The notes: generated by a model not told the origin, from the sequence alone. A DNA stretch of 34,928 nt from a virus (IMGVR_UViG_2773857672_000001:1-34928), one strand, 5' to 3'. Positions 14,939-25,277 are shown, numbered from the stretch's first letter. Numbers and translations: made by a program.

Positions 14939-17241
14939 TGACGAACCTCACCGAAAAAGAGCAGTGGGAGGATGGCGTCTACCAGATCGAGAAAACCGAT
15001 CCGGTAGTCGGCGGCCCCGAAGGGCTCTCCAACCGCCAGGGCCTGCAGCTGGCCAACCGCACCCGCTGGCTCAAAGCTCGTATTGACGGCCTTCTGGACG
15101 GTACCCGCTCGGCCGCACTGGCGATCAAGCTGGCCACTGCTCGCGCGGTCAAGCTCACCGGCGACGCCACCGCTACCGGCACCTTCGACGGCAGTGCTGA
15201 TCTGTCCCTGACCGTGAACCTGGCTGACACCGGCGTCGCTGCCGGGACCTATGGCGGCGTCACGCTCGACAAGAAAGGCCGCGCCACTGCGGCCACCACC
15301 TACTTGCCGATCGCCAACGGCGGTACTGGCAATGGCTCCGGCCAGGCAGTTAGTGCGGCCAAGCTGGCCACCGCCCGGACCATCAACGGCGTTCCGTTCG
15401 ACGGCACGGCCAACATCGCCATCACCGACGACAGCAAGGCGCCACTCAACTCGCCGGTGCTGCTCGGCGACCCACGCGCGCCGACGCCGGCCGCCGGCGA
15501 CAATGACACCAGCATCGCCACCACCGCCTTCGTCCAGGCTGCGATCGCCGCTCTGGTCAATGGCTCGCCCGAAGCGCTCAACCAGCTCAACGAGCTGGCC
15601 GCCGCCCTGGGCAACAATCCGAACTACGCCACCGATATGGCCACGGCGCTGGGGCTCAAGGCCAACAGCGAGTCGCCGACGCTAACGGGCCTGCCCAAGG
15701 CGCCCACCGCGGGGATCGCCACCAGCACCACGCAAATCGCCACGACCGCGTTTGTCCAGGCCGTGATGGCGGCCTATGGCTTGGCAGGCTACGCACCGGT
15801 ACAGAACAACACCCTTAACCTCAACGATGCGCCCTTCGGCGGTCTGGTGCGCTGCGAAGGCGCAGCGTCCAACGCGGCCACCTACAACTGGCCCGTAACG
15901 GGGGCAAGCGACACCACCCAGGTTGCTTTCGAGGTCTTCACCCACGGCCTGGCTGGGCCCTATGCGCGCCTGACCCAGTTCGCTACGGAGATCTTCGGTA
16001 GCGCGGGTGGCCGCGGTCGGACGTTCGTTCGAGTGCGACACGACACCACCTGGTACCCGTGGCGGGAATTCGCCTTCGCCGACCAGTTGGCCACCGTAGG
16101 CAAGACCGGAAAGTTCAGCGACCTGGCCGCCGAGATCTATCACTGGATGTCCGGCAAATCCGCCGCTAACGGCTGGAAAAACGTCTACCTGCAGAACCAG
16201 GAGCCCACCGGCAACGTATCCCTGGAGATGGCCAACAGCGGCGGCTATACCGTGCTGTCCTACCAGGGCGTGCAGGACGGCGCCGGTGGCTGGGGCGCGC
16301 GGTTCTACTACACGCCGCCAGGCGATACCGCCAAGGACCGCCGCATCGGCTGGCTCGGCATTTCTACCGCGGGCGAGGTCCAGCTCGGCAATGCCTCCCT
16401 GCCAGCAGGACGTACCGGCCAGATCCTCACCAGTGAGGGCGACCAGAGCATCAACGGCAACAAGCGCTTCTTCGGCGAGGTGCAGACAACGTCCTGGAGC
16501 AGCTACCGCCTCATCGGGGGCGACTTCGGTAGCTTCTGGCGCAACGACGGCGCCGGGCTCTACCTGCTGTTCACTGCCAAGGGCAGCCCCTACGGCGACC
16601 TGAACAGCCTTCGCCCACTGACCTTCAACCTCACCACCGGCAAGGGCTACATGCCCCACGGCGTGGAAGTCCAAACCGTGGGCGCAGGTGATCGCAGCGT
16701 GAACGCGGCCTCCACGGCCTACGTCCTCAACGCCATCGGCGACCGTGCCGGCGCCATCGACTTCTTCGCCATGAGCAGCGCCCCAGCGGGCTACCTCAAG
16801 GCCAACGGCGCCGCCGTCAGCCGGACGACTTACGCCACCCTGTTCGCGGCAATCGGCACCACCTTCGGCGCCGGTGATGGCTCCACCACCTTCAACCTGC
16901 CGGACATCCGCGGCGAGTTCCTGCGCGGCTGGGATGACGGTCGCGGCGTGGATAGTGGACGGGCCTTCGCAAGCGGCCAAGCTAGCCAGAACCTGCTGCA
17001 CGACCACCCTGCCTCCACCGGCACGGCAGGCGCGCACAACCACACCATGACCTGGAACAACGACGGCGCCCAGCTGGGCAACAACGACAACTCCATCTTC
17101 GGCGACGAAAACCGCTATGGCACGGTCACCATGACCACCAGCACCGCGGGCTCGCACACCCACTCCGTCACCATCGGCACATCCGGCGGCAATGAAGCCC
17201 GTCCGCGCAACCTGGCCCTGCTGGCCTGCATCAAGTACTGA
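14935..17241 (+). CDS. H: Tail fibre protein (gpH-like) with C-terminal tail-collar domain
   Basis: 768 aa. Repeated TTAFVQAA motif. C-terminal GYLKANGAAVSRTTYATLFAAIGTTFGAGDGSTTFNLPDIRGEFLRGW (collar) and three HxH motifs (HDH, HNH, HTH). Confidence 0.85.
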   Translation: MMTNLTEKEQWEDGVYQIEKTDPVVGGPEGLSNRQGLQLANRTRWLKARIDGLLDGTRSAALAIKLATARAVKLTGDATATGTFDGSADLSLTVNLADTGVAAGTYGGVTLDKKGRATAATTYLPIANGGTGNGSGQAVSAAKLATARTINGVPFDGTANIAITDDSKAPLNSPVLLGDPRAPTPAAGDNDTSIATTAFVQAAIAALVNGSPEALNQLNELAAALGNNPNYATDMATALGLKANSESPTLTGLPKAPTAGIATSTTQIATTAFVQAVMAAYGLAGYAPVQNNTLNLNDAPFGGLVRCEGAASNAATYNWPVTGASDTTQVAFEVFTHGLAGPYARLTQFATEIFGSAGGRGRTFVRVRHDTTWYPWREFAFADQLATVGKTGKFSDLAAEIYHWMSGKSAANGWKNVYLQNQEPTGNVSLEMANSGGYTVLSYQGVQDGAGGWGARFYYTPPGDTAKDRRIGWLGISTAGEVQLGNASLPAGRTGQILTSEGDQSINGNKRFFGEVQTTSWSSYRLIGGDFGSFWRNDGAGLYLLFTAKGSPYGDLNSLRPLTFNLTTGKGYMPHGVEVQTVGAGDRSVNAASTAYVLNAIGDRAGAIDFFAMSSAPAGYLKANGAAVSRTTYATLFAAIGTTFGAGDGSTTFNLPDIRGEFLRGWDDGRGVDSGRAFASGQASQNLLHDHPASTGTAGAHNHTMTWNNDGAQLGNNDNSIFGDENRYGTVTMTTSTAGSHTHSVTIGTSGGNEARPRNLALLACIKY

Positions 17242-17252
17242 GGAGTCCAACC

Positions 17253-17948
17253 ATGAGCGATGACATTCAACAGGCCTCTCAAGAGCTGGTCGGCCCAGAG
17301 TATCCCAGCAACCAGGGGCCCTGGTGGTCAGGACTAGCGGCCCCGCTGGCGTACAACCTGGATCCTGCCACAGGCGAATACCTGGGCAGCTGCAAGGCCG
17401 ACCCCAGCCCGCTGGAGCCCGACGTCTGGCTCTACCCGGCCCATAGCGTCTCCAGCGTTCCACCGGTCGCTGGGCAGGGCCAGGCGGTCGTGCGTGAAGG
17501 TGAGACCTGGACCGTGATCGCTGACCACCGCGGAGCTACGGTCTACCACACCGCTACCGGCGAGCCGCGCACCTGGTTGCTGCTGGGCGCGCTGCCGGCC
17601 GATTACACCCTGACCGCCCCTGAGTCGGCCTACGACAAATGGGAAAACGGCCAGTGGCACCTGGACGAAGCCGCGAAACTGGCTGCGCTCAAGGAATCCG
17701 CCACCCGCCAGCGCTCGCTGCTGCTCCAATATGCCACCGGCCAAATTAGCGCCCTACAGGATGCCGTGGACCTGGAGATTGCCACCGAGTCGGAAGCCAA
17801 GGCACTCAAGGCCTGGAAGACCTATCGGGTACTGCTCAACCGGGTGGACACCATCAACACGGTACCGGCCGACGCCGACTGGCCCGCCAGTCCGGATCCG
17901 GCCGCCACGGCCAGCTACCTGGCCGCACAAGGAGATTCGGCCGCCTGA
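17253..17948 (+). CDS. G: Tail fibre assembly chaperone (gpG-like)
   Basis: Position after the fibre gene. C-terminal A...LKAWK.YR..LNRVD motif of the Caudo_TAP family. Confidence 0.8.
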   Translation: MSDDIQQASQELVGPEYPSNQGPWWSGLAAPLAYNLDPATGEYLGSCKADPSPLEPDVWLYPAHSVSSVPPVAGQGQAVVREGETWTVIADHRGATVYHTATGEPRTWLLLGALPADYTLTAPESAYDKWENGQWHLDEAAKLAALKESATRQRSLLLQYATGQISALQDAVDLEIATESEAKALKAWKTYRVLLNRVDTINTVPADADWPASPDPAATASYLAAQGDSAA

Positions 17949-17963
17949 TGGCCGTCGGCATTT

Positions 17964-17984
17964 TGTAGCGGGCGCCGCTACAAC
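17964..17984. promoter_or_regulatory. Late-promoter dyad upstream of the sheath gene (TTGTAGC-N7-GCTACAA)
   Basis: TTGTAGCGGGCGCCGCTACAA, with (CG)5 at 18001-18010. The half-sites are identical to the V promoter dyad. Confidence 0.6.
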
Positions 17985-18060
17985 TCCCACCCCGCGACCC
18001 GCGCGCGCGGATCCGCCAGCCTGTGCAGCGTCACCTACCCACCTGCGCAGGCAACCCCTC

Positions 18061-19227
18061 ATGGCTGACTACCATCACGGCGTGCGTGTCCTCGAGATCA
18101 ATCAGGGCACCCGCTCCATTTCCACCGTTTCCACCGCCGTCATCGGCATGGTCTGCACCGGCAGCGATGCCGATGCCGCCGCCTTCCCGCTCAACACGCC
18201 CGTCCTGCTGACCAACGTCCAGGGCGCTGTCGGCAAAGCCGGCACCAAGGGCACCCTGGCCGAATCGCTGCAGGCGATCGCCGACCAGTCCAAGCCCGTC
18301 ACCGTCGTGGTCCGCGTGGCCGATGGCGCCAATGCGGCCGAGCTGCAAAGCAACATCATTGGCGGCGTGGCCGCAGGCCGTTACACCGGTATGAAGGCCC
18401 TGCTCGCGGCCAAGGCCCAGCTGGGCATCACGCCGCGCATCCTGGGCGTGCCCGGGCTCGACACCCAGGCCGTCACCACCGCCATGGTGGCCATCGCCAA
18501 GCAGCTGCGCGGCTTCGTCTATGCGAACTGCAACGGCTGCGCCACCAAGGAAGAGGCCGTCGCCTACCGCAACCAGTTCGGCGCCCGCGAGCTGATGCTC
18601 CATTGGCCGGACTTCCTGGCCTGGTCCACCGTCCAGAACGCCACCGTGACCGCCAATGCCACCGCCCGGGCCCTGGGCCTACGTGCGCAGCTGGATCAGA
18701 GCACTGGCTGGCACAAGACCCTGTCCAACGTGGCCGTAGACGGCGTGACCGGCATCAGCAAGGACGTCTTCTGGGATCTGCAGAACACCGCGACCGACAG
18801 CGACTACCTCAACGGCAACGAGGTGACCACGCTAATCAACCACGACGGCTACCGCTTCTGGGGCTCGCGCACCACCAGCGAGGATCCGCTCTTTGCGTTC
18901 GAGAACTACACCCGCACCGCCCAGGTGCTGGCCGACACCATGGCCGAGGCGCATTTCTGGGCCAATGACCGCCCCATGCACCCGAGCCTGGTGCGCGACA
19001 TCGTCGAGGGCATCAACGCCAAATTCCGCGAGCTGACCCGCCAGGGCTACCTGCTCGGCGGCGAGTGCTGGTACGACGCCGACGCCAACGAGAAGGAGAC
19101 GCTCAAGGCCGGCAAGCTCTTCCTGGACTACGACTACACCCCGGTCCCGCCGCTGGAAGACCTGACCCTGCGCCAGCGCATCACCGACCGCTTCCTGGTC
19201 GACTTCGCCAGCCGCGTCAACGCCTGA
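18061..19227 (+). CDS. FI: Contractile tail sheath protein (P2 FI homologue)
   Basis: Start MADYHHGVRVLEINQGTRSI is typical of FI. The 110-aa upstream extension in the track ORF is Pro/Arg-rich and covers the promoter. Confidence 0.9.
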   Translation: MADYHHGVRVLEINQGTRSISTVSTAVIGMVCTGSDADAAAFPLNTPVLLTNVQGAVGKAGTKGTLAESLQAIADQSKPVTVVVRVADGANAAELQSNIIGGVAAGRYTGMKALLAAKAQLGITPRILGVPGLDTQAVTTAMVAIAKQLRGFVYANCNGCATKEEAVAYRNQFGARELMLHWPDFLAWSTVQNATVTANATARALGLRAQLDQSTGWHKTLSNVAVDGVTGISKDVFWDLQNTATDSDYLNGNEVTTLINHDGYRFWGSRTTSEDPLFAFENYTRTAQVLADTMAEAHFWANDRPMHPSLVRDIVEGINAKFRELTRQGYLLGGECWYDADANEKETLKAGKLFLDYDYTPVPPLEDLTLRQRITDRFLVDFASRVNA

Positions 19228-19281
19228 TCCCCACCCTGAATATCCGGCGCCCCCTTGGGCGCCCTCTGGAGAGCTGCCCCC

Positions 19282-19797
19282 ATGGCCATGCCCCGCAAAC
19301 TCAAGAACATGATGCTTTTCAACGATGGCTACTCCTACCTGGGCGTCGCCAAGTCCTGCACCCTGCCGACCCTCGGCCGCAAGATGGAAGCCTTCCGCGG
19401 CGCCGGCATGAACGGCCCGGTAAAGGCTGATCTGGGCTTCTCCGACGACGGCATCCAGCTGGAGTGGACCCTGGGTGGACTGGATCTCACCGCCCTAAAG
19501 CAATTCGGCGCCGTGGGCGCCGCAGCCGTACCCCTGCGCTTCACCGGCACCTACCAGCAGGACGACACCGGCGAGGACACCGCCGTCGAGATCGTGGTCC
19601 GCGGCCGTCACGAGACTATCGAGATGGGCGAAGCCACCCCGGGCGAGGACACCGAGCACAAGATCACCACCACCTGCAGCTACTACAAGCTGATCGTGGC
19701 GGGCGAGACCGTGATCGAGATCGACCTCCTCAACTTCGTCGAGATCGTCGGCGGTGAAGACCGCCTGGCCAAGCAGCGCGCCGCCCTCGGCATCTGA
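19282..19797 (+). CDS. FII: Tail tube protein (P2 FII homologue)
   Basis: MAMPRKLKNMMLFNDGYSYLGVAKSCTLPTL parallels P2 FII MALPRKLKLMNVFLNGYSYQGVAKSVTLPKL. SD GGAGAG is present. Confidence 0.9.
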   Translation: MAMPRKLKNMMLFNDGYSYLGVAKSCTLPTLGRKMEAFRGAGMNGPVKADLGFSDDGIQLEWTLGGLDLTALKQFGAVGAAAVPLRFTGTYQQDDTGEDTAVEIVVRGRHETIEMGEATPGEDTEHKITTTCSYYKLIVAGETVIEIDLLNFVEIVGGEDRLAKQRAALGI

Positions 19798-19858
19798 TCC
19801 CTCCTCTTTTCGGCCCGCTCCGGCGGGCCAGCCCTAGCCTATTACCTGGAGTACCACC

Positions 19859-20239
19859 ATGAGCGATACCACCAACGCCAACGCAACCCTGGGCGATGCC
19901 ATTCCTGCAGGCGCCCACACCCACAACTTCACCGCTTCCGAGCCGGTACCGGAAAACGTAGTCGTCCTGGACCAGCCTATCGTTCGCGGCTCGACCGTCA
20001 TCGAGCAGATCACCCTGCGCAAGCCCAACGCCGGCGAGCTGCGTGGCGTCTCCCTGGCCGAGCTGCTGCAGCTGGACGTCGCCGCGATCATGCGCGTGAC
20101 CCCGCGCATCAGCATCCCCAGCCTCACCGAGGCCGAAGTCCGCGGCATGGATCCGGCCGACCTGGTCGACGTCGGCGGGAAGATCGCTGGTTTTTTGCTG
20201 AAGAAGTCGGTCCGGGCGGAGCTCTCCCCGTCCGCGTAG
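19859..20239 (+). CDS. E: Tail assembly chaperone E (zero-frame product)
   Basis: Position between the tube and tape-measure genes. Contains the slippery site T TTT TTG. Confidence 0.8.
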   Translation: MSDTTNANATLGDAIPAGAHTHNFTASEPVPENVVVLDQPIVRGSTVIEQITLRKPNAGELRGVSLAELLQLDVAAIMRVTPRISIPSLTEAEVRGMDPADLVDVGGKIAGFLLKKSVRAELSPSA

Positions 20240-20367
20240 AGGAAGCGATGGCGGATCTCGCCATCACCTTCCACTGGCAACCAGCCCAGCTCGACCAGCT
20301 GGGTCTGGCCGAACTGATGGACTGGCGCGAGCGCGCCCGCAAACGAGTCGCCCCCGATGGCCAATGA
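19859..20367 (+). CDS. E+E': Tail assembly chaperone E+E' (-1 programmed frameshift at 20191-20197)
   Basis: After a -1 slip the frame continues from 20197 to TGA at 20365-20367. It encodes ...MADLAITFHWQPAQLDQLGLAELMDWRERARKRVAPDGQ (GpE-family tail). The end overlaps the T start, as in P2. Confidence 0.75.
20191..20197 (+). promoter_or_regulatory. -1 ribosomal frameshift slippery heptamer T_TTT_TTG
   Basis: Zero-frame codons are GGT TTT TTG. This is the same heptamer as the P2 E/E+E' site. Confidence 0.75.
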
Positions 20368-23300
20368 CCTGCAGATCCGCGTCCTCCTGTCCGCCCTGGA
20401 CAAGGTCACGGCTCCCCTCAAACGCATCGCCGGGGGCGGCAACGCGACCGCCCGGGCGCTCAAGGCTGCCCGGGACCGGGTCAAGGAGCTCAACCAGCAG
20501 CAGCAAGACATCAGCGCCTACCAGCGCCAGCGCGAGGCCGTGCGCCAGAGCGCCGAGGCCCTGGCCAAGGGCCAGGAGAAACTGCGGTCCTACCGCGAGC
20601 AGCTCAAGGCGATGGACGCCCCGTCCGCCGCCTTCCAGAAGACTTTCGCCAATGCCGCGGCCGCAGTAGAGAAACTCCAGACCAAGCACACCGCTCAGCG
20701 CACTGAGCTGCAGCGCCTGCTGCCGATCATGCGCTCGGCCGGCGTTGACACCCGCAATCTTGGGGCGGCCCAGTCGCGGCTGGAGACACAGCTCAGCACG
20801 GCGAATGCCGCCATCGAAGCCCAGCGGGCCCGGCTGACCAGTCTCAACCGCCTGCAGGAACGCAGCGCAGCAGTGCGCGCCAAGCTCGCCAAAGGCCAAG
20901 AATTCGCAGGCAACGCTGCGGTGGCGGGCGCCAGCTCAGCCGCAACCGGTGCGGCGCTTGGCAGTCCCATTCTCGGCATGATCAAGAGCTACAGCTCCTT
21001 CGAGGACGCCATGGCCGGCGTTGCCAAGCAGGTGGACGGCGCTCGCGACGACAATGGGCAGCTCACCCAGACCTACTACGACATGGCCCGGGCAATCCAG
21101 AAGATGTCCGAGACCATCCCCATGGCCACTACCGACATTGCGGCCCTGGTCGAGGGCGCTGCGCGCATGGGCATCCAGGGTAAGGACGATCTACTCACCT
21201 TCGCTCGAACCGCAGCCACCGCTGCCACGGCCTTCGATCTGCCCGCTGACCAGATCGGCGAGGACCTGGCGCGCATCGCCGGCCTCTACAAGCTGCCGAT
21301 CAAAAACGTCGCCGCGCTGGGCGATGCCATCAACTACCTCGACGACAACGCCCAGTCCAAGGGTGGCGATATCATCGAGGTCCTCAAGCGCACCGCCGGC
21401 ATCACCGCCAGTGTGGGTATGAACTACAAGGACGCCGCCGCCCTGGGCTCGACCTTCCTGTCGCTCGGCTCCTCGGCCGAGGTCGCGGGCACCGCCACCA
21501 ACGCCATGATCCGCGAGCTGGCTATCGCCGAGCAGCAGCCTAAGCGCTTCGGCAAGGCACTCAAGGTGCTGGGCCTGGACGCCAGCAAGATCCAGAAAGG
21601 CATGGCCAAGGACGCCACCGGCACCATCCAGATGGTGCTCACCGCCATCAACAAGCTGCCCCAGGACCGCCAGATCGGCGTGACCACTGAGTTGTTCGGC
21701 AAGGAGTACGGCGACGACGCCGCCAAGCTGGCCAACAACCTCAAGGAGTACCAGCGCCAGCTCGACCTGGTCCGCGGCGACAAGGGTGCCGGATCTATGC
21801 AGCGGGAAGGCGACATCAAGGGCGACCTCCTCTCCTCTCAATGGAAGATGAGCCAGAACCGGGCATTCAACCTGTCCAGCGACCTCGGCTCTACCTTGCG
21901 CCCGGCACTGATCGAGCTGATGAACACCCTCAACGGCGTACTGGAGAAGGTCAACGGCTGGGCCAAGGCCAACCCGGAGCTGGTCACTACCCTGCTCAAG
22001 GTCGGCGCCGGCGCAGCGGCACTGGCTGCGACATTCGGCGTCCTCGCGCTAGGCCTCGCCGGCATCCTTGGCCCTATGCTCATCACGCGCTTCGCCCTGG
22101 GCCAGATCGGCATCAGGCTTCCGAATGTCATCGCCCTCTTCACACGACTCGGACGGCGCGAACTTCCTGCCACGACTCAATCCATGGGACTGTTCGCCCG
22201 CGTCTCAAGCAGCTTGTCCGGTATTGGCCAACGCCTCGCCACCAGTTGGCAGGCGGCTGCAATCCAGCCTGGGATCTGGACGCGTGCTCGAGCGTCGTTG
22301 GTACAGTTCGGCTCGAGCATTTCTACAACGACCAGCCGCATGGGTCAGGCAGTCACCGCTTCACTGACGTGGAGCAAGACACTGGCTGGACAGGTAGCTA
22401 GTGGCATCAAGGGGGCAGCCCAGGCGACGGCCAATCTGGCCAAAGCCAATGCTCAAGGCCTGGCTGCAGCGACATCGCGCACCATCGCCTACGTAAGAGC
22501 TAACGGCCTGCTCGGTACCAGCCTCAACGTACTGCGCGGCGGCTGGACGGGTCTGGTGAGTATCCTTCGTGGAGCAGCAACCGGGATACTTGGTGGCGCT
22601 GCAGCGGGCTTGCGATTCGTTGGGCAGGCAGTGCTGTTCTTGACCCGCGCGCTTCTGCTCAACCCCATCGGTCTGCTGGTGACAGCCCTGGCGCTTGGCG
22701 CCGTTGCGCTTATCAAGTACTGGGAGCCGGTGAAAGCCTTCTTTGCGGGTATGTGGCAAGGCTTCAAGGAGGGCCTGGCCCCACTCCAGCCACTGATCAC
22801 CGGCGTGGGCAGTGCCTTGGCTCCATTGGCGCCCATCTGGGACAGCATCTCTGCGGCACTTGGCACTGCCTGGGGTTGGGTCAGCCGCCTCTTCGAGCCG
22901 TTCAAGGCCACAAGTGCCGAGCTTGATACCGCCACCAGCAAGGGGCGCATCTTCGGACAGTGGCTGGCCGGCCTGGTCAATCTGATCGCCGGCTTGCCGA
23001 ACCAATTCGTGGCTATGGGCGGCATGCTCATGGACGGCCTGGTCAATGGCATCACCAGCCGCATGGGCGCAGTAAAGGATGCCGTGATGGGCGCCGGTGA
23101 AAGTGTGATCAACTTCTTCAAGGAGAAGCTCGACATTCACTCGCCGTCCCGCGTCTTTGCGGCGCTGGGCGAGTACACCATGCAGGGCCTCACCGTCGGC
23201 CTGGGCAAAGGCGAAGACGGCCCACTGGCGCAGCTGATGTCGACAGCGAAACGACTCACTGCCGCCGGCGCGGTAGCGCTCGGGATCGGCGCTGCGCCTA

Positions 23301-23557
23301 TGGCACTAGCCCAGTCTCTACCGCAACCCACGGTCTTCAACGGCACGCAAAGCCAGCCCATTACCTTCGACGACCGTCCCGCGCTACCGCCTGCGGTACC
23401 GGTGGCCCCCAGCGCAGGCGACCACATCGAAATCCACATCCACGCTGGCCCCGCCCAGGATCCTCAGGCTATCGCACGCCAAGTCCGTGCCGAATTGGCC
23501 CGGGTCCAGGCTGAGAAAGCCGCTCGCGGCCGCAGTAGCCTCAGAGACAAGGACTGA
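20357..23557 (+). CDS. T: Tail tape measure protein (gpT)
   Basis: 1066 aa, Ala/Gly/Leu-rich with hydrophobic central segments. Position after E/E'. Confidence 0.9.
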   Translation: MANDLQIRVLLSALDKVTAPLKRIAGGGNATARALKAARDRVKELNQQQQDISAYQRQREAVRQSAEALAKGQEKLRSYREQLKAMDAPSAAFQKTFANAAAAVEKLQTKHTAQRTELQRLLPIMRSAGVDTRNLGAAQSRLETQLSTANAAIEAQRARLTSLNRLQERSAAVRAKLAKGQEFAGNAAVAGASSAATGAALGSPILGMIKSYSSFEDAMAGVAKQVDGARDDNGQLTQTYYDMARAIQKMSETIPMATTDIAALVEGAARMGIQGKDDLLTFARTAATAATAFDLPADQIGEDLARIAGLYKLPIKNVAALGDAINYLDDNAQSKGGDIIEVLKRTAGITASVGMNYKDAAALGSTFLSLGSSAEVAGTATNAMIRELAIAEQQPKRFGKALKVLGLDASKIQKGMAKDATGTIQMVLTAINKLPQDRQIGVTTELFGKEYGDDAAKLANNLKEYQRQLDLVRGDKGAGSMQREGDIKGDLLSSQWKMSQNRAFNLSSDLGSTLRPALIELMNTLNGVLEKVNGWAKANPELVTTLLKVGAGAAALAATFGVLALGLAGILGPMLITRFALGQIGIRLPNVIALFTRLGRRELPATTQSMGLFARVSSSLSGIGQRLATSWQAAAIQPGIWTRARASLVQFGSSISTTTSRMGQAVTASLTWSKTLAGQVASGIKGAAQATANLAKANAQGLAAATSRTIAYVRANGLLGTSLNVLRGGWTGLVSILRGAATGILGGAAAGLRFVGQAVLFLTRALLLNPIGLLVTALALGAVALIKYWEPVKAFFAGMWQGFKEGLAPLQPLITGVGSALAPLAPIWDSISAALGTAWGWVSRLFEPFKATSAELDTATSKGRIFGQWLAGLVNLIAGLPNQFVAMGGMLMDGLVNGITSRMGAVKDAVMGAGESVINFFKEKLDIHSPSRVFAALGEYTMQGLTVGLGKGEDGPLAQLMSTAKRLTAAGAVALGIGAAPMALAQSLPQPTVFNGTQSQPITFDDRPALPPAVPVAPSAGDHIEIHIHAGPAQDPQAIARQVRAELARVQAEKAARGRSSLRDKD

Positions 23558-23562
23558 CCACC

Positions 23563-24006
23563 ATGATGATGGCCCTCGGCAATTTCATATTCAGCCTCTA
23601 CACCCTCGCCTACCAGGAGCTCCAGCGGCAGACCGACTACCGCCACGCCAGCAGCTCCCGCGTGGGCGCCGCGCCAGCGCGCCAGTTCCTGGGCAAGGGT
23701 GACGACAGCATCACCCTGCCCGGCTGGCTTGCGCCGGAGCTCGCGGGGACGCCCAGCAGCCTGGACGTGCTGCGCTACATGGCCGGTACCGGCGGCGCCT
23801 GGCCGCTGATCGAGGGCAGCGGGCGGATCTACGGGCTCTGGGTCATCGAGAGCATCACCGAGACCAAGACGCTCTTCTTCCAAGACGGTACCCCGCGCCG
23901 CATCGAGTTCAGCATCGCCCTCAAGCGCGTTGACGACGACACCGGCCGCGAGCTGCTCGGCGTCGGCATTGCCGGCATGGGTACCGTGCTGAGGAAGCTG
24001 CTGTGA
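23563..24006 (+). CDS. U: Tail protein U
   Basis: 147 aa. The MALGNF.F start and GKGDDSITL.G motif are typical of gpU. Confidence 0.82.
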   Translation: MMMALGNFIFSLYTLAYQELQRQTDYRHASSSRVGAAPARQFLGKGDDSITLPGWLAPELAGTPSSLDVLRYMAGTGGAWPLIEGSGRIYGLWVIESITETKTLFFQDGTPRRIEFSIALKRVDDDTGRELLGVGIAGMGTVLRKLL

Positions 24007-25277
24007 TCCAGGAGCTGCTCGACACCGCTACCGGCCAGCTGCGCACCCTCGGCCGCGACCTGGTCCAGGGCGCCGCCTATGCCCAGGCGCGCTACCAGAT
24101 CCTGGTCGACGGCAAGGACATCAGCGCCCTCATCACGCCGCGGCTGATCAGCCTGGATCTGACGGACAACCGCGGCCTCGAGGCCGATCAGTTGAGCCTG
24201 GTGCTGTCTGACCACGACGGCCTGCTGGCCATCCCACCCCGGGGCGCCAAGATCCGCCTCTGGCTGGGCTGGTCCACCACCGGCCTGATCGACAAAGGCA
24301 GCTACATCGTCGACGAGACCGAGCACAGCGGCGCGCCTGATGTCCTGAGCATCCGCGCCCGTAGCGCCGACCTGCGCAAGGGTCTCAAGACCAAACGGGA
24401 CCAGAGCTACAGCGCCACCACCCTCGGCGCCGTGCTGCGCGGTCTGGCCGCGCGCCAGGGACTCACCCCGCTCATCGCGCCCGCCCTCGAGGCGCAGCAG
24501 GTCCTGCAGCTGGACCAGACCGGCGAATCAGATGCCAACCTGCTGACCCGTCTGGGCGAAGACTATGACGCGGTGGCCACTGTGAAAGCCGGGCGGCTAC
24601 TGTTCCTCCCAGCCGGCGGCGGCAAGGCGGTCAGCGGCGCCGATCTGGGCCACGTCACCCTCACCCGCCAGGACGGCGACCAGCACAGCTACCTGCAGGC
24701 CGATCGCGAGAGCTACGATGCCGTGCGGGCCTTCTATTACGACGTCAACAGCGCCAAGAAGCAGGAGGCTATCGCCGGCGGTGGCGAGAACGTGAAGGAC
24801 CTGCGCCACACCTACGCTGACCAGCTCTCCGCCCTGCGCGCCGCCCGGGCCGAGTGGAACCGCCTGCAGCGCGGTACCGCTACCCTCACCTACCAGCTAG
24901 CCCTGGGCCGCCCGGAGCTCATGCCCGAGCTCACCTACACCCTGCAGGGCGTGAAGGCCGAGATCGACGCCATCATCTGGTACGGGGGGAACGTGCAGCA
25001 CAGCCTCACCGCGGACGGCGGCTACACCACGCGCCTCGAGCTGGAAGCCAAGCTGCCGGAAGACCTGGTCGCCGACCTGGTCGACGAGATCCAGGGCGAC
25101 TTCACCGGCATCATTGCCTACTACCGCGACGCCAAGACTGGCAAGGAGCACACCCTCACCGAGGGTGACCAGAGCAAGCCGCGGCGGTTGCGGCATCTGT
25201 ACGCCACCAAGGCCACGGCGAAGCGGGCGGTGGAGCGGGAATGGAAGAAGCTACAGGCTACTAATGCTCAGGCCTGA
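24003..25277 (+). CDS. D: Late control / tail protein D
   Basis: 424 aa, the last gene of the F operon, with gpD-family length and context. Confidence 0.85.
   Translation: MIQELLDTATGQLRTLGRDLVQGAAYAQARYQILVDGKDISALITPRLISLDLTDNRGLEADQLSLVLSDHDGLLAIPPRGAKIRLWLGWSTTGLIDKGSYIVDETEHSGAPDVLSIRARSADLRKGLKTKRDQSYSATTLGAVLRGLAARQGLTPLIAPALEAQQVLQLDQTGESDANLLTRLGEDYDAVATVKAGRLLFLPAGGGKAVSGADLGHVTLTRQDGDQHSYLQADRESYDAVRAFYYDVNSAKKQEAIAGGGENVKDLRHTYADQLSALRAARAEWNRLQRGTATLTYQLALGRPELMPELTYTLQGVKAEIDAIIWYGGNVQHSLTADGGYTTRLELEAKLPEDLVADLVDEIQGDFTGIIAYYRDAKTGKEHTLTEGDQSKPRRLRHLYATKATAKRAVEREWKKLQATNAQA

Noticed and set aside
17949-18060. Cargo at the G/FI junction (the Z/fun hotspot of P2)
   Set aside because: Only 112 bp lie here, and they are occupied by the late-promoter dyad and the CG tract. 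No inserted gene is present in this prophage.
17731-18060. 110-aa N-terminal extension of the sheath ORF
   Set aside because: It is Pro/Arg-rich, overlaps the end of gpG and covers the promoter dyad. The canonical FI N-terminus MADYHHGV starts at 18061.
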